Virus record (IMG/VR): IMGVR_UViG_3300025949_000007
Direction: 5' to 3' (one strand)
Source: a virus
Length of the DNA stretch: 41,750 bases
The position numbers were made by a program, and so were the translations under genes. The notes below the pieces were generated by a model. It had not been told where the DNA came from and made no database searches. It saw only the letters and a list, made by a program, of their open reading frames with translations. Below, piece by piece: positions 32,784 to 40,875 of this stretch (positions within the stretch are counted from its first letter, which is position 1; each line of letters begins with the position of its first letter).

Positions 32784-33194
32784 TCAGCTCGCCACGGCCG
32801 GCAGGTTCGCCGGACCGCGCTTGCTCTTGAGGTCGTGCAGGACGGCCGTCACCAGGCCGGAGCCGCCCGCCGTGCACTTCACCGTGGTCTGGCCGTCGGC
32901 GAGGCTGGAGCCGTTGACCGTGAACACCACGGCGCCGGACGCGATCGTGACGGCGTTGCTGGCCGCCTGGCTGGCCCGGACCCACGCGGCGGCGCCGGCC
33001 GTGGAGGTGTTGGTGTACTTGTTGGTGATGATGTTGCCCGGCGACGTGTAGCTCCCGCCGATCGCCGGCGCCGCGGTCACCGTGAAGGTGTCGTTGCCGG
33101 TGCACACGAAGTCGACGGAGTCCACCTCGCGCATGTTGATCTCGACGCCGGCCGCGATCGGCACGACGTTGTAGACCCTGCCAAGACCTTCCAT
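32784..33194 (-). CDS. Hypothetical head-module protein (136 aa), possible decoration protein
   Basis: GGGAGTGAGAGG RBS. It is the first gene after the capsid gene hairpin. Confidence 0.55.
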   Translation of the reverse strand: MEGLGRVYNVVPIAAGVEINMREVDSVDFVCTGNDTFTVTAAPAIGGSYTSPGNIITNKYTNTSTAGAAAWVRASQAASNAVTIASGAVVFTVNGSSLADGQTTVKCTAGGSGLVTAVLHDLKSKRGPANLPAVAS

Positions 33195-33249
33195 GGCCTC
33201 TCACTCCCTGCTCAGGCTGGCCCCGGGGTGTGACTGCCGGGGAGGTGGT

Positions 33250-33278
33250 GCCGAACGCCGGGGCTGCCGGCGTTCGGC
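33250..33278 (-). terminator. Strong hairpin after the major capsid gene (12-bp stem GCCGAACGCCGG / CCGGCGTTCGGC, 5-nt loop)
   Basis: Perfect inverted repeat in the 127-nt gap downstream of the capsid stop (33322). Confidence 0.6.
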
Positions 33279-33321
33279 CGGGTACTGCGTCAGTAGCTGA
33301 TCGGTCGCCACTGCTGGCCGC

Positions 33322-34839
33322 TCACGGCCGGGTCGCCAGCTGGACGTAGGGCGACAGCGCCGGGCCGCCGTTCTTGGGCGTGATGGAACTCTTGAGCCAC
33401 GGGCGGCCGTCCACGCGCTCCAGCACGCGGTAGGCGGTGACGTCGTTGGCGAACTTGTAGTGCGCCGACGAGGTGGCCGACATGGCCTGCCGGTCGCCCA
33501 ACAGGTACATCCCGAAGTCCACGAAGCTGATGTCGCCCTGGTTGCCCAGGGTGGACGTCTTCTCCGTGAACAGCACCGGCCGCCCCAGGATCGTCATCGG
33601 CGGCCCCTCCACGCCGTTGTTGATCCAGATCGCCGAACCGCCGGTGCCGACCGAGAGCGACATCGTGGCCAGTTCGGGGAAGGTGTCGATGGAGGCCACC
33701 CACACCGCGCGCGACAGCGACGCCGGCAACATCCGGGCGTACATCCGGACGATGTTCTGCCAGATGATCGTCGCGGTGGCCTGGCCGGTCTCCGCGGAGG
33801 CGGCCACGATCGCCTTGTTGCCGGTGTTGAGCACGCCCAGCGGCTCGCCGACGCCGGAACCCAGCAGGAACGCATAGTCCTCGTAGAAGCTCAGCGCCTC
33901 GGGAAAGATCTCGTCCATGAGCGCCTGGAAGGAGCCGATGGAGTCCGCGATCAGCTCGTTGGGCACCTCGCAGTACGCCGTGAGCTTCTTCGCGTCCAGG
34001 GTGACGTTGGAGAAGCTGGCCGCCGTGGTGTTGAGCGACGCGCCTTCCTCGGTCCAGTACGCCTGGATGCCGCCGTAGACGCTGGTGGTGTTCGAGGTGG
34101 AATCGATCGCGGGGAACGGGACCCGCAGGGTTTCCATGGGGATGACCCGCGCGCGGGAGCGGACGATGGAGGTCTCCAGCGCCACCCGCAAGATCTCCGA
34201 ACGCAGCGTCTCGGGGATGAGGAAACCACCCTCGGAGGGGACGTTGCTGGAGAAGGCGTTGCGCAGGCGGGACAGCTTCTCCTGCCGGTCGGCGGTGTTG
34301 GACTGCTGGTGCCAGATGGTCGTCCAGAAGTCCAGCGCGTTGCCGAAGTCCTTGTCCAGCTTGGCGCCCATGGCCTTGCTGTTGTACAGCCGGGCGCGGG
34401 CGTCGGCCTTGCCGGACTTCGCGAAGCCGAACGCCGCCTTGGCCGCGTCGTCGCCGGTCAGGTCCAGGACGCTGGACGGCTTGAGGCCCTCCAGCTTGGC
34501 GTCCTTCAGCATGTCCTGGATGGCGACCTGGGCCAGCTCGTTGACCTGCCGACGCATGTCCAGGTCGGCGTTGATCGACTTGCGGGCGTAGGCGGCCAGC
34601 ACGTTCTTGAGCTTGCCGGCCTTAGCCAGCTGGTGCAGCTTATCGACGTCGCCCAGCATCTCCTCCAGCCCCGCCGTGGTGTCGGGGATGGCGATGGTGC
34701 TGATGTCGTCGTCCTGCACGGTGGCGCGGTTGAACACCTTGCCGACCGCCGACGGGTCGATGCCCGCCGTGGCCAGCATGGCGAACTGCCCCTTGGCGCG
34801 CGCCACGTCCCGGGCGCGCTGCGTTGCCGTCCTGCTCAT
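33322..34839 (-). CDS. Major capsid protein, HK97-fold, with a long N-terminal delta/scaffold-like domain
   Basis: 505 aa, directly after the protease gene. The N-terminus is coiled-coil. The core contains LLGSGVGEPLGVLN and similar HK97-family stretches. Confidence 0.8.
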   Translation of the reverse strand: MSRTATQRARDVARAKGQFAMLATAGIDPSAVGKVFNRATVQDDDISTIAIPDTTAGLEEMLGDVDKLHQLAKAGKLKNVLAAYARKSINADLDMRRQVNELAQVAIQDMLKDAKLEGLKPSSVLDLTGDDAAKAAFGFAKSGKADARARLYNSKAMGAKLDKDFGNALDFWTTIWHQQSNTADRQEKLSRLRNAFSSNVPSEGGFLIPETLRSEILRVALETSIVRSRARVIPMETLRVPFPAIDSTSNTTSVYGGIQAYWTEEGASLNTTAASFSNVTLDAKKLTAYCEVPNELIADSIGSFQALMDEIFPEALSFYEDYAFLLGSGVGEPLGVLNTGNKAIVAASAETGQATATIIWQNIVRMYARMLPASLSRAVWVASIDTFPELATMSLSVGTGGSAIWINNGVEGPPMTILGRPVLFTEKTSTLGNQGDISFVDFGMYLLGDRQAMSATSSAHYKFANDVTAYRVLERVDGRPWLKSSITPKNGGPALSPYVQLATRP

Positions 34840-34840
34840 G

Positions 34841-36148
34841 TCACTCTCCCTGCACCGCGCGCCGGATGTCGGCGAGGTGGTCTTGTGTCAGCCCCGGAAG
34901 ACTGTCGTCCACCGGAGTCGTCTGCGGTTCGGCCACGTTGGTGGCCGCCCAGGCGACGGCCGCCCGAATGTCGTCGCCCAGACTGGTCAGCGTCGGCTCC
35001 TGTGGCGCCGACGCGAACTCGTCACGCAACTCGTCGGTGAGTCCGGCCAGGAAGCCGGTCAGGCTGGCGTCTTCGTTCGAGTCGTTCTGGCCGTCGTCGC
35101 TGGTCACGGCGTCGTTCAAGGCCTGCGCCACGGCGGCCGGTCGCCGTCGGTCGCGCGCCACCAGCGTGATGGCCGAGGAGTCCACGCTGACGCGCTCCTT
35201 CGGCGGCGCCACCTTGTCGGCCAGTCCGGCATCCACCGCCTCTTGCGCGTTGTACCACTTCTCCGCGCGCATGATCTCCCGCCACTCCTTCGGCGTGCCA
35301 CCGGCGCGTTCGGCGTAGAACGTGGCAATGTTGTCGGAGGTACGATCGAGGATTTCGGCCATCTTGGCCATGTCCGCGGCGTTGCCGATCTGGACGGCGT
35401 GCGCGTCGTGGATCATCACTTCGGAACCCCGCCCCATGATGATCTCGTCGCCAGCCATCATGATCACCGATGCGATGGAGGCGGCCAGTCCGGTCACGGT
35501 CATCACGATGCGGCCCGGATGGTTGGCCAGTCCGTTGTAAATTCCGATGCCGTCGAAGACGTCGCCGCCGATGGAGTTCAGCGAGACGTTCAGCGTCTTG
35601 GCGTTCGCGACGTCGGGCGCAGCCAATGCACGGGCGAACACGCCGGAGTCTACGTCCCAACCGATTTCGCCGGTGATCATGACGTCCACGACGTCAGGCT
35701 CCGACGCGCGCGCCTGGATGGAGTACCACGGACGGCTGCCGGTCGTCGCCTTCGCGGTGGCCTTCAGTTGCTCACGGCGACGCGCCAGGAACTGCTGAAC
35801 GGCGTTGTCCGCGCTGTCGCCCGACTTCTTGTTGTGGTCGGCGATGTGGGCCTGGAGATGGGCACGGACGCCCGCCTTGTCTCCGTCCGGAATGGACGAA
35901 TTCTCCAGCCGCGACAATCCGTTGTGGCACGCGGGAATGTTGGCCGGGCCGCCCTTGGTCCGGTGGTGCGGGAATTTGTAGTCTTCCTTGACGTCCGAGC
36001 CTGCCTCATCTTCCCAGGCAAAGCAGTAGTGCAGCGTCGCGGCGTTGTTCGGCATGGCCGCTTCGGCGGCCGGACCGTCCCAGGCGGAATCCTCCGTGGC
36101 CGTGTGGTGCACGCCGATCGCGGCGGCGCGGATGAGGGTACTTCCCAC
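34841..36148 (-). CDS. ClpP-like (S14) prohead maturation protease with N- and C-terminal extra domains
   Basis: INSIGGDV...TGLAASIASVIMMAGD...MIHDAH gives ClpP-type Ser/His motifs. GTG 36148 lies 9 nt after GGAAGG. The alternative GTG 36157 overlaps the upstream stop. Confidence 0.8.
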   Translation of the reverse strand: MGSTLIRAAAIGVHHTATEDSAWDGPAAEAAMPNNAATLHYCFAWEDEAGSDVKEDYKFPHHRTKGGPANIPACHNGLSRLENSSIPDGDKAGVRAHLQAHIADHNKKSGDSADNAVQQFLARRREQLKATAKATTGSRPWYSIQARASEPDVVDVMITGEIGWDVDSGVFARALAAPDVANAKTLNVSLNSIGGDVFDGIGIYNGLANHPGRIVMTVTGLAASIASVIMMAGDEIIMGRGSEVMIHDAHAVQIGNAADMAKMAEILDRTSDNIATFYAERAGGTPKEWREIMRAEKWYNAQEAVDAGLADKVAPPKERVSVDSSAITLVARDRRRPAAVAQALNDAVTSDDGQNDSNEDASLTGFLAGLTDELRDEFASAPQEPTLTSLGDDIRAAVAWAATNVAEPQTTPVDDSLPGLTQDHLADIRRAVQGE

Positions 36149-36149
36149 C

Positions 36150-36911
36150 TCACTCACCTTCCTTCGGCCACACGCCGATAACGGTCCCTCGACAGTTGAT
36201 CCCGCCCAGGCAGCCGACATAGCCGCCGTTGGGGTACAGCGCGTACAGCTTGGCCATGTCGCCGCCGGTGACGCCCAGCAGCGTCCCGTCCACCTCGCGG
36301 CACGGCACGCACAGGTGATCGTCCATCAGCTCCGCGGAGTACAGCCGCACGCCGTCGGTGTAGATCAGGGTGGCCAGCCGCGCGCCTAGCTCCGCCGTGT
36401 GCAGCGCGTAGCCCAGCTGAGCCTTCGGCACGGCGTCGGTCAGGCCGTCGAGGTGCTTGCTGACGTCGGCCGCCGTGTCGGCGCCCGGTCGGCCACGCCG
36501 GTGCACGCGCTGCGCCTCATTGCCGGCCGACAGCGCCAGGGCCAGCGCCAGCAACTCCGCGGTCACCAGCGCCTGCTGCGCCATGACGGAGCTGTCGGGG
36601 ACCTGCGGAGGCACGGTGACGCCCTGGGCCTTCGCTTCGTCCACGACGTGCTGAGCGGCCGTCGGGGCGTAGGCGGTCATGGCGTCGGCCAGCACGGCGG
36701 CGCCCTGCGTCGGATCCACGCCCAGCTCCGCGAAGGCGCGCACGTCGTCATCCTGCGCGGCCCGGGCGACCTGGGCGGCCAGCTGAGCGACCCAGGCGGC
36801 CTTCACGGCACCCCATCGCAGCAGCAGCGCCGCCAGTGCCGCGGCGAATGCCGCCTTGACCGGAGTGAGGTCCGGCTGCTGGTCGGCTGGCAGCGTCGCA
36901 GGGGCGGTCAC
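36150..36911 (-). CDS. MuF-like (SPP1 gp7-like) minor head / head morphogenesis protein
   Basis: GTGA overlap with the portal stop. The C-terminal LCVPCREVDG ... GGYVGCLGGINCRGTV resembles the Cys-containing MuF C-terminal motif. It sits in the usual position after the portal. Confidence 0.5.
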   Translation of the reverse strand: MTAPATLPADQQPDLTPVKAAFAAALAALLLRWGAVKAAWVAQLAAQVARAAQDDDVRAFAELGVDPTQGAAVLADAMTAYAPTAAQHVVDEAKAQGVTVPPQVPDSSVMAQQALVTAELLALALALSAGNEAQRVHRRGRPGADTAADVSKHLDGLTDAVPKAQLGYALHTAELGARLATLIYTDGVRLYSAELMDDHLCVPCREVDGTLLGVTGGDMAKLYALYPNGGYVGCLGGINCRGTVIGVWPKEGE

Positions 36912-38257
36912 AGCGCACCCCAACTGTCTAGTGCGTGGCCGTTGGTCATCGGCTTGCGGAAACCGGCGGCCGGCACCGGCGCACCCGGCTGCGGCTGGTC
37001 CTGGTCGTCGCCGGTCGGCGGCTGGCCGGGCGGCATGACCACCGGCCCGGCTGGCGCTTCCCATTGCATATCCGGCAGACCCAGCCAGTTGAGCACGTCG
37101 TTGCCGTCGAAGCCGGACGAGATCGCGGCGGCCATCGCCGTGCCCAGCGCCGCGTTGACCTGGGCGTCCAACAGCTTGTCCGCGGGGACCGGGTTGACGT
37201 AGTCGAACTCCAGGCCCTGAGCGGTGTTGCCGAACATCGGCAGGTAGTTGTGGTTGAGCATGTCGCGCCAGGCGTCCAGGCGGGGCACGACCAGGTTCTC
37301 CGCGAAGGAGGCGCGGTTGGCTTCCGCGATGGCCCGATTGACGTCGTTGGACGCGCCCAGCATGGACTTCGGGAAGGCCCAGCCTTCGGTGATCTCGTCG
37401 CGCTGGTCCTGCCGGTTCTCGACGAACTGGTTGTCCCGATTGGACGGATCAATCGTCTTCCAGGTCATGCCGTTTTCCAGCATGGCGATGCGGTGGGCCT
37501 TGTCGACGCCCTTGTGGGTGTCGGCCCAGCGCTTCTGGAATGAGGTCCACTGGCCGTCGTCCAGCTTGGTCGGCACCTCGATGATGCCGCCGGGCGTGGC
37601 GTCGTTCAGGTAAAAGTTCCGGGCGTACATCTGAGCGAAGCGGGCGGCATCCAGAGTGGGCAGTAGCGCCTGCACCGGCGAGATACCGCCGTAGGGATCC
37701 ATCGGGTCGGGCGTGACGATCTCCAGCACCTCGTCCACGTCCAACGGCACTTGCTCACCGTTGGGGCCGCGGTAGATCCACCCCTGAAGGTAGGTCGTCG
37801 AGTCGCCGGGGATGGGGAACACCCGGTCCGGCCGCATCGGCCACAGGCCGATGGGAATGGACCGCATCACCTTGCTACGCTGGACGACGAAGTAGGTCAG
37901 GCCGGTCAGTTCCTGGTGCTGCTCACCGGCGCGCACCAGCCGGTTGCGTGACCACCAACCGTTCGGGTTGTTCAGCAGGTTCAGCGCCGCGTGATTGCCG
38001 TTGATGATCTCTTCGCGGTCTTCGTCGTCGCCGGTCGGACTGGAGCGGTACAGCTTCCAGTCGGCCTTCGCCACCGCCATCGACAAGGTGTTGACGACGG
38101 CGAACACAGTGCCGTTGCGCGCCATCTGCTCAAGCTGGGTCCGCCGGGCGAAGGTGGACACCAGCTGAGTGGAGAACGGGCCGCCGGTGGCATAGCTGAC
38201 GGGAGGCTTCTGGCTGGAGTTGACGGCGCCGGCGACGGCGGCGAACAGGTTCCTCAT
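36908..38257 (-). CDS. Portal protein
   Basis: 449 aa from ATG 38257 (GGTGGAG RBS). The track's N-terminal extension is R/P-rich junk. Size and position between the terminase and the MuF/protease genes support the call. Confidence 0.75.
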   Translation of the reverse strand: MRNLFAAVAGAVNSSQKPPVSYATGGPFSTQLVSTFARRTQLEQMARNGTVFAVVNTLSMAVAKADWKLYRSSPTGDDEDREEIINGNHAALNLLNNPNGWWSRNRLVRAGEQHQELTGLTYFVVQRSKVMRSIPIGLWPMRPDRVFPIPGDSTTYLQGWIYRGPNGEQVPLDVDEVLEIVTPDPMDPYGGISPVQALLPTLDAARFAQMYARNFYLNDATPGGIIEVPTKLDDGQWTSFQKRWADTHKGVDKAHRIAMLENGMTWKTIDPSNRDNQFVENRQDQRDEITEGWAFPKSMLGASNDVNRAIAEANRASFAENLVVPRLDAWRDMLNHNYLPMFGNTAQGLEFDYVNPVPADKLLDAQVNAALGTAMAAAISSGFDGNDVLNWLGLPDMQWEAPAGPVVMPPGQPPTGDDQDQPQPGAPVPAAGFRKPMTNGHALDSWGAL

Positions 38258-38526
38258 GCTCCACCGCCCGGCGGCTGGAGCAGCCAGGCGAGGGTGAAGG
38301 CGGACAGGCCGGTCACGAGCCAGCCCAGCGGCGAGGCGACCTCGAAGGCGCTCACATCGAAACACCCCAGGCCTGCGACCTGGAGTGCGGAGTGGGTGAG
38401 CGACTGTCGGCGCGCCCTGACGGAGGAGACGACGACGACCAACGACCGAGCTACGCGAGAAGCCGCGCCGGTCACCCGTTGGCCGACCGGACGGGACCCG
38501 GGCATCGCGGGGTTGATCGCCGTCAC
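38254..38526 (-). CDS. Small membrane protein (90 aa) translationally coupled to the portal gene
   Basis: Its stop overlaps the portal ATG (ATGA). GC3 is high throughout. TM segment PLGWLVTGLSAFTLAWLL. Confidence 0.55.
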   Translation of the reverse strand: MTAINPAMPGSRPVGQRVTGAASRVARSLVVVVSSVRARRQSLTHSALQVAGLGCFDVSAFEVASPLGWLVTGLSAFTLAWLLQPPGGGA

Positions 38527-38559
38527 AACCGCGACGGTAGCACGGGTGATGCACAGATT

Positions 38560-38611
38560 GTGAGACCCGAGTCCCGGCAGCCGCCACAGCGTTATGGAAC
38601 TCGGGTCTCAC
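38560..38611 (-). other. Long-loop hairpin (13-bp perfect stem GTGAGACCCGAGT / ACTCGGGTCTCAC, 26-nt loop) in a 129-nt non-coding gap
   Basis: Inverted repeat read directly. It lies between the SWIM gene stop (38656) and the next start (38526). Confidence 0.5.
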
Positions 38612-38655
38612 TTTCACCAACGCGGGCTTCCCCTCCGCGCGCCGGTGAGCCTACG

Positions 38656-39018
38656 TCACGCCGCCAGCAGACTGACGGCGACTTCGTGGTAGCAGCGCCG
38701 GCCGCGCACGCCCGCCGGACAGGTGCACGCCATGGGTGCCGTGCGGTAGCGGTCGACGCCGTTGGACGCCACGACCAGCCACACGCGGCCCGGGCGCAAC
38801 GTCTCCACCGCGCCGTCGGCCAGCAGCTCCAGCGCCTTCGCCACCTGCTCCGGCTTGGCCTGCACGGTCGCCGCGGCCAGCCGCGCCTTGCGGTCGCAGA
38901 CCGGACCACGGCCAAGGGCGACGGAGCGGGCGCTGGTGAGCGCCCGTCCGCATCGGGTACAGGTCCGGCGGATCATCGGATGGCCAGGCGGATTGGTCGG
39001 TATCGCTGTGGCGGTCAT
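38656..39018 (-). CDS. Zinc-finger protein: N-terminal CxxCG...GxGPxC (DUF6011-like) plus C-terminal SWIM finger (CxCx(n)CxH)
   Basis: 120 aa from ATG 39018. It has CTRCGRALTSARSVALGRGPVC and MACTCPAGVRGRRCYH. The track start at 39054 is a TTG that is actually the -35 box. Confidence 0.65.
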   Translation of the reverse strand: MTATAIPTNPPGHPMIRRTCTRCGRALTSARSVALGRGPVCDRKARLAAATVQAKPEQVAKALELLADGAVETLRPGRVWLVVASNGVDRYRTAPMACTCPAGVRGRRCYHEVAVSLLAA

Positions 39019-39054
39019 GAGAGAAGCATCCCACACCGTTAATAACCATGTCAA
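39019..39054 (-). promoter_or_regulatory. Promoter P2 with conserved box: TTGACA-TGGTTATTAACGGTGTGG-GATGCT, then 6 nt to the ATG at 39018
   Basis: The minus strand reads TTGACATGGTTATTAACGGTGTGGGATGCTTCTCTCATG. It lies in the 48-nt gap after the terminase gene and has the same geometry as P1. Confidence 0.5.
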
Positions 39055-39066
39055 GCACGGCTTGTT

Positions 39067-40506
39067 TTACCAGGTCAGGACGCGGAGCTGATACGTCGCA
39101 CCCTGGTCGATGTGCATCACGAAGTACCGTCCGGCGTCCATGCCGTGATCGTCCACCTTCAGCGGTTCGTCAGGCTCCGGCCGCGGCTGGCTGGTCACCA
39201 GCGGCGGACGCTTCCAGACGTAGCCGCCCCACTCCTCGGCCGTGCACGTCGGCTTCGCGGCGTCCACCAGCGCCTGATCCCGCTCGGTACGGGCGTCGCG
39301 GACGATGAACAACCGTGCCCTGCCGTCACCGGCACGAGATAACCTGGATTTGACCGCCTGGATGCCGGTGTCCACGTCCTTGACGGCCGGCGTCGTCACC
39401 AGCCCCGTGTGTTCCTCGAAGGTGGCTCTGCCCTCTGCGTCGTGGTCGCAGATGACCGCCACCGGCACGGGCTCGCGCCAGGAGCGCCGGCCGCCCTGGA
39501 GCGCCTTCAGCGGGTTGTCCTTGTCTCCGTCTTCCTGGCGGGCGCACGTCTTGGTCACCTCGCGGAGGATGTTGCGTGCGTGCTCTTCCACCAGGCGGCC
39601 CGTGTGGTAGGTCTCGGCATAGAGGTAAGCGCGGCCGTCCGGATCGACGGCCCAGCGCTGGCACACGAACGGGTTGCGATAACCGAAGTCGACCGCCCAG
39701 TACCGAGGCCACTCCTTCGGAATGCGGAACGGCTTGAGCAGGTGGTGGGCGTCGTCCCATTCCTCGTAGATCTGACCTTCGGCGGCCACCCACTGACCGA
39801 GCCGTAGACGCTTGTACCGAGGACCGGTCAGCTTGTCGAGCTTGCCTTCGATGTAGGCGTGCCCTGCCGGCGTCATGACGAACGAGCCGTCCGGCAACTG
39901 GTCGAAGTAGACGGGGTTGTCCTCATGCCGCGACTCCAGCATGACGATGTGGCCGTCCTGCGCCCGCTTTTTGATCCAATGAAATGGTGTCGACGGGTTG
40001 CAGTCGGCAATGACCTGGCTGTAGGTCAGGTTGCCGGCGCGAAGTCGAGTGATGATCGCTTCCCAGTCGGCAGGCTCCAACTCTGTGGCCTCCTGGGCGA
40101 AGACGATGTCGTACTCCGTCGACATGATCTTTGACGGCTTGTCCATGCCGCCCACTGCGATGAACGCGCCGTTGGAGTACATCCAGCCAGGCGGTTTGTC
40201 CAGCGAGCCGCCAAAGAACTTGACGTGTCCGCACTCAATAGCCTCCGCGGCCACCTTCTCGCGATAGGTCACCAGGCCAGACTCCGTCAGCGACTTCATC
40301 GTCTTGCGCACCATAAGGCCCTTGAACGCACCATTGCGTAGCGCGACAAGGTGGAGCTTCTCCAGGGCGGCGCGGCTCTTGCCGGTGCCCGCCGGGCCGG
40401 ACAGGATCAACTCATCACCGCGGTAGTGCAGCAGCTCCAGGGCGGCGCCACGCGGCCGGTACGTGTGCACCAGCCGCGTGACTTCAGGTTCGAGAGTGGC
40501 GGTCAT
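39067..40506 (-). CDS. terL: Terminase large subunit
   Basis: 479 aa from ATG 40506. Walker A is SGPAGTGKS, with a Walker-B-like region and a C-terminal nuclease region (FGYRNPFVCQ...). The track's 23-aa N-terminal extension has poor GC3. Confidence 0.85.
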   Translation of the reverse strand: MTATLEPEVTRLVHTYRPRGAALELLHYRGDELILSGPAGTGKSRAALEKLHLVALRNGAFKGLMVRKTMKSLTESGLVTYREKVAAEAIECGHVKFFGGSLDKPPGWMYSNGAFIAVGGMDKPSKIMSTEYDIVFAQEATELEPADWEAIITRLRAGNLTYSQVIADCNPSTPFHWIKKRAQDGHIVMLESRHEDNPVYFDQLPDGSFVMTPAGHAYIEGKLDKLTGPRYKRLRLGQWVAAEGQIYEEWDDAHHLLKPFRIPKEWPRYWAVDFGYRNPFVCQRWAVDPDGRAYLYAETYHTGRLVEEHARNILREVTKTCARQEDGDKDNPLKALQGGRRSWREPVPVAVICDHDAEGRATFEEHTGLVTTPAVKDVDTGIQAVKSRLSRAGDGRARLFIVRDARTERDQALVDAAKPTCTAEEWGGYVWKRPPLVTSQPRPEPDEPLKVDDHGMDAGRYFVMHIDQGATYQLRVLTW

Positions 40507-40583
40507 AGCCCATCCCTGCGTACGTAGTAGCCCAGCAGGAAGAATCCCACGATCAGAATAAGCACGTGCCACCATGCGATCAT
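40503..40583 (-). CDS. Micro-ORF: 26-aa membrane peptide MIAWWHVLILIVGFFLLGYYVRRDGL
   Basis: ATGA overlaps at both ends, with the upstream stop and with the terL ATG. GC3 is higher than in the terL-extension frame. It is a paralogue of 40789..40875. Confidence 0.5.
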   Translation of the reverse strand: MIAWWHVLILIVGFFLLGYYVRRDGL

Positions 40584-40792
40584 GGCTTGTCCGCTCCGAT
40601 CAACTCGACACCTCGCGGCATGAGCGACTCGTCATCCAGCGCGTTGATTAGCCACCAGCCGATACAGCTGGCGCACAGCGCCCACGAACAGCCGTTGGAC
40701 TCCGGACCGCCGTGCCAGATGAACTCGGCTTCCGGTGGCGGCCACTCGCCCCGTCCACGATGAACGGAGTAAGCCGATGAGCACGGGCTCAC
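40580..40792 (-). CDS. Small Cys/Trp-rich protein (70 aa)
   Basis: GTG 40792 overlaps the stop of the upstream micro-ORF (GTGA). GC3 becomes high only from here. It contains CSWALCASCIGWW. Confidence 0.55.
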   Translation of the reverse strand: MSPCSSAYSVHRGRGEWPPPEAEFIWHGGPESNGCSWALCASCIGWWLINALDDESLMPRGVELIGADKP

Positions 40793-40875
40793 GACTTCAC
40801 CAGCAGCATGGCGTCCACCACCAGAATGGCGGCGATGAGCACCGTGTCCAACCATGCGTGCCAGCGCGACATCAT
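40789..40875 (-). CDS. Micro-ORF: 28-aa membrane peptide MMSRWHAWLDTVLIAAILVVDAMLLVKS
   Basis: ATGA overlap with the upstream stop and TGA inside GTGA of the next gene. 26 of 28 codons end in G/C, whereas the overlapping track frame has poor GC3. Confidence 0.55.
   Translation of the reverse strand: MMSRWHAWLDTVLIAAILVVDAMLLVKS

Noticed and set aside
33460-36181. Plus-strand ORFs 33460..35040 (526 aa) and 34607..36181 (524 aa)
   Set aside because: These are shadow ORFs opposite the capsid and protease genes. The minus-strand products have clear HK97-capsid and ClpP motifs, whereas the plus-strand translations are Arg/Gly/Val-rich junk.
36908-38620. N-terminal extensions offered by the ORF track for portal (to 38620), MuF-like (to 37064), protease (to 36220), primase (to 5831), terL (to 40575), holin (to 21838) and others
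   Set aside because: The extensions are R/P/G-rich with poor GC3 and overlap the coding part of the upstream gene. Internal starts with an RBS or ATGA/GTGA coupling fit much better.
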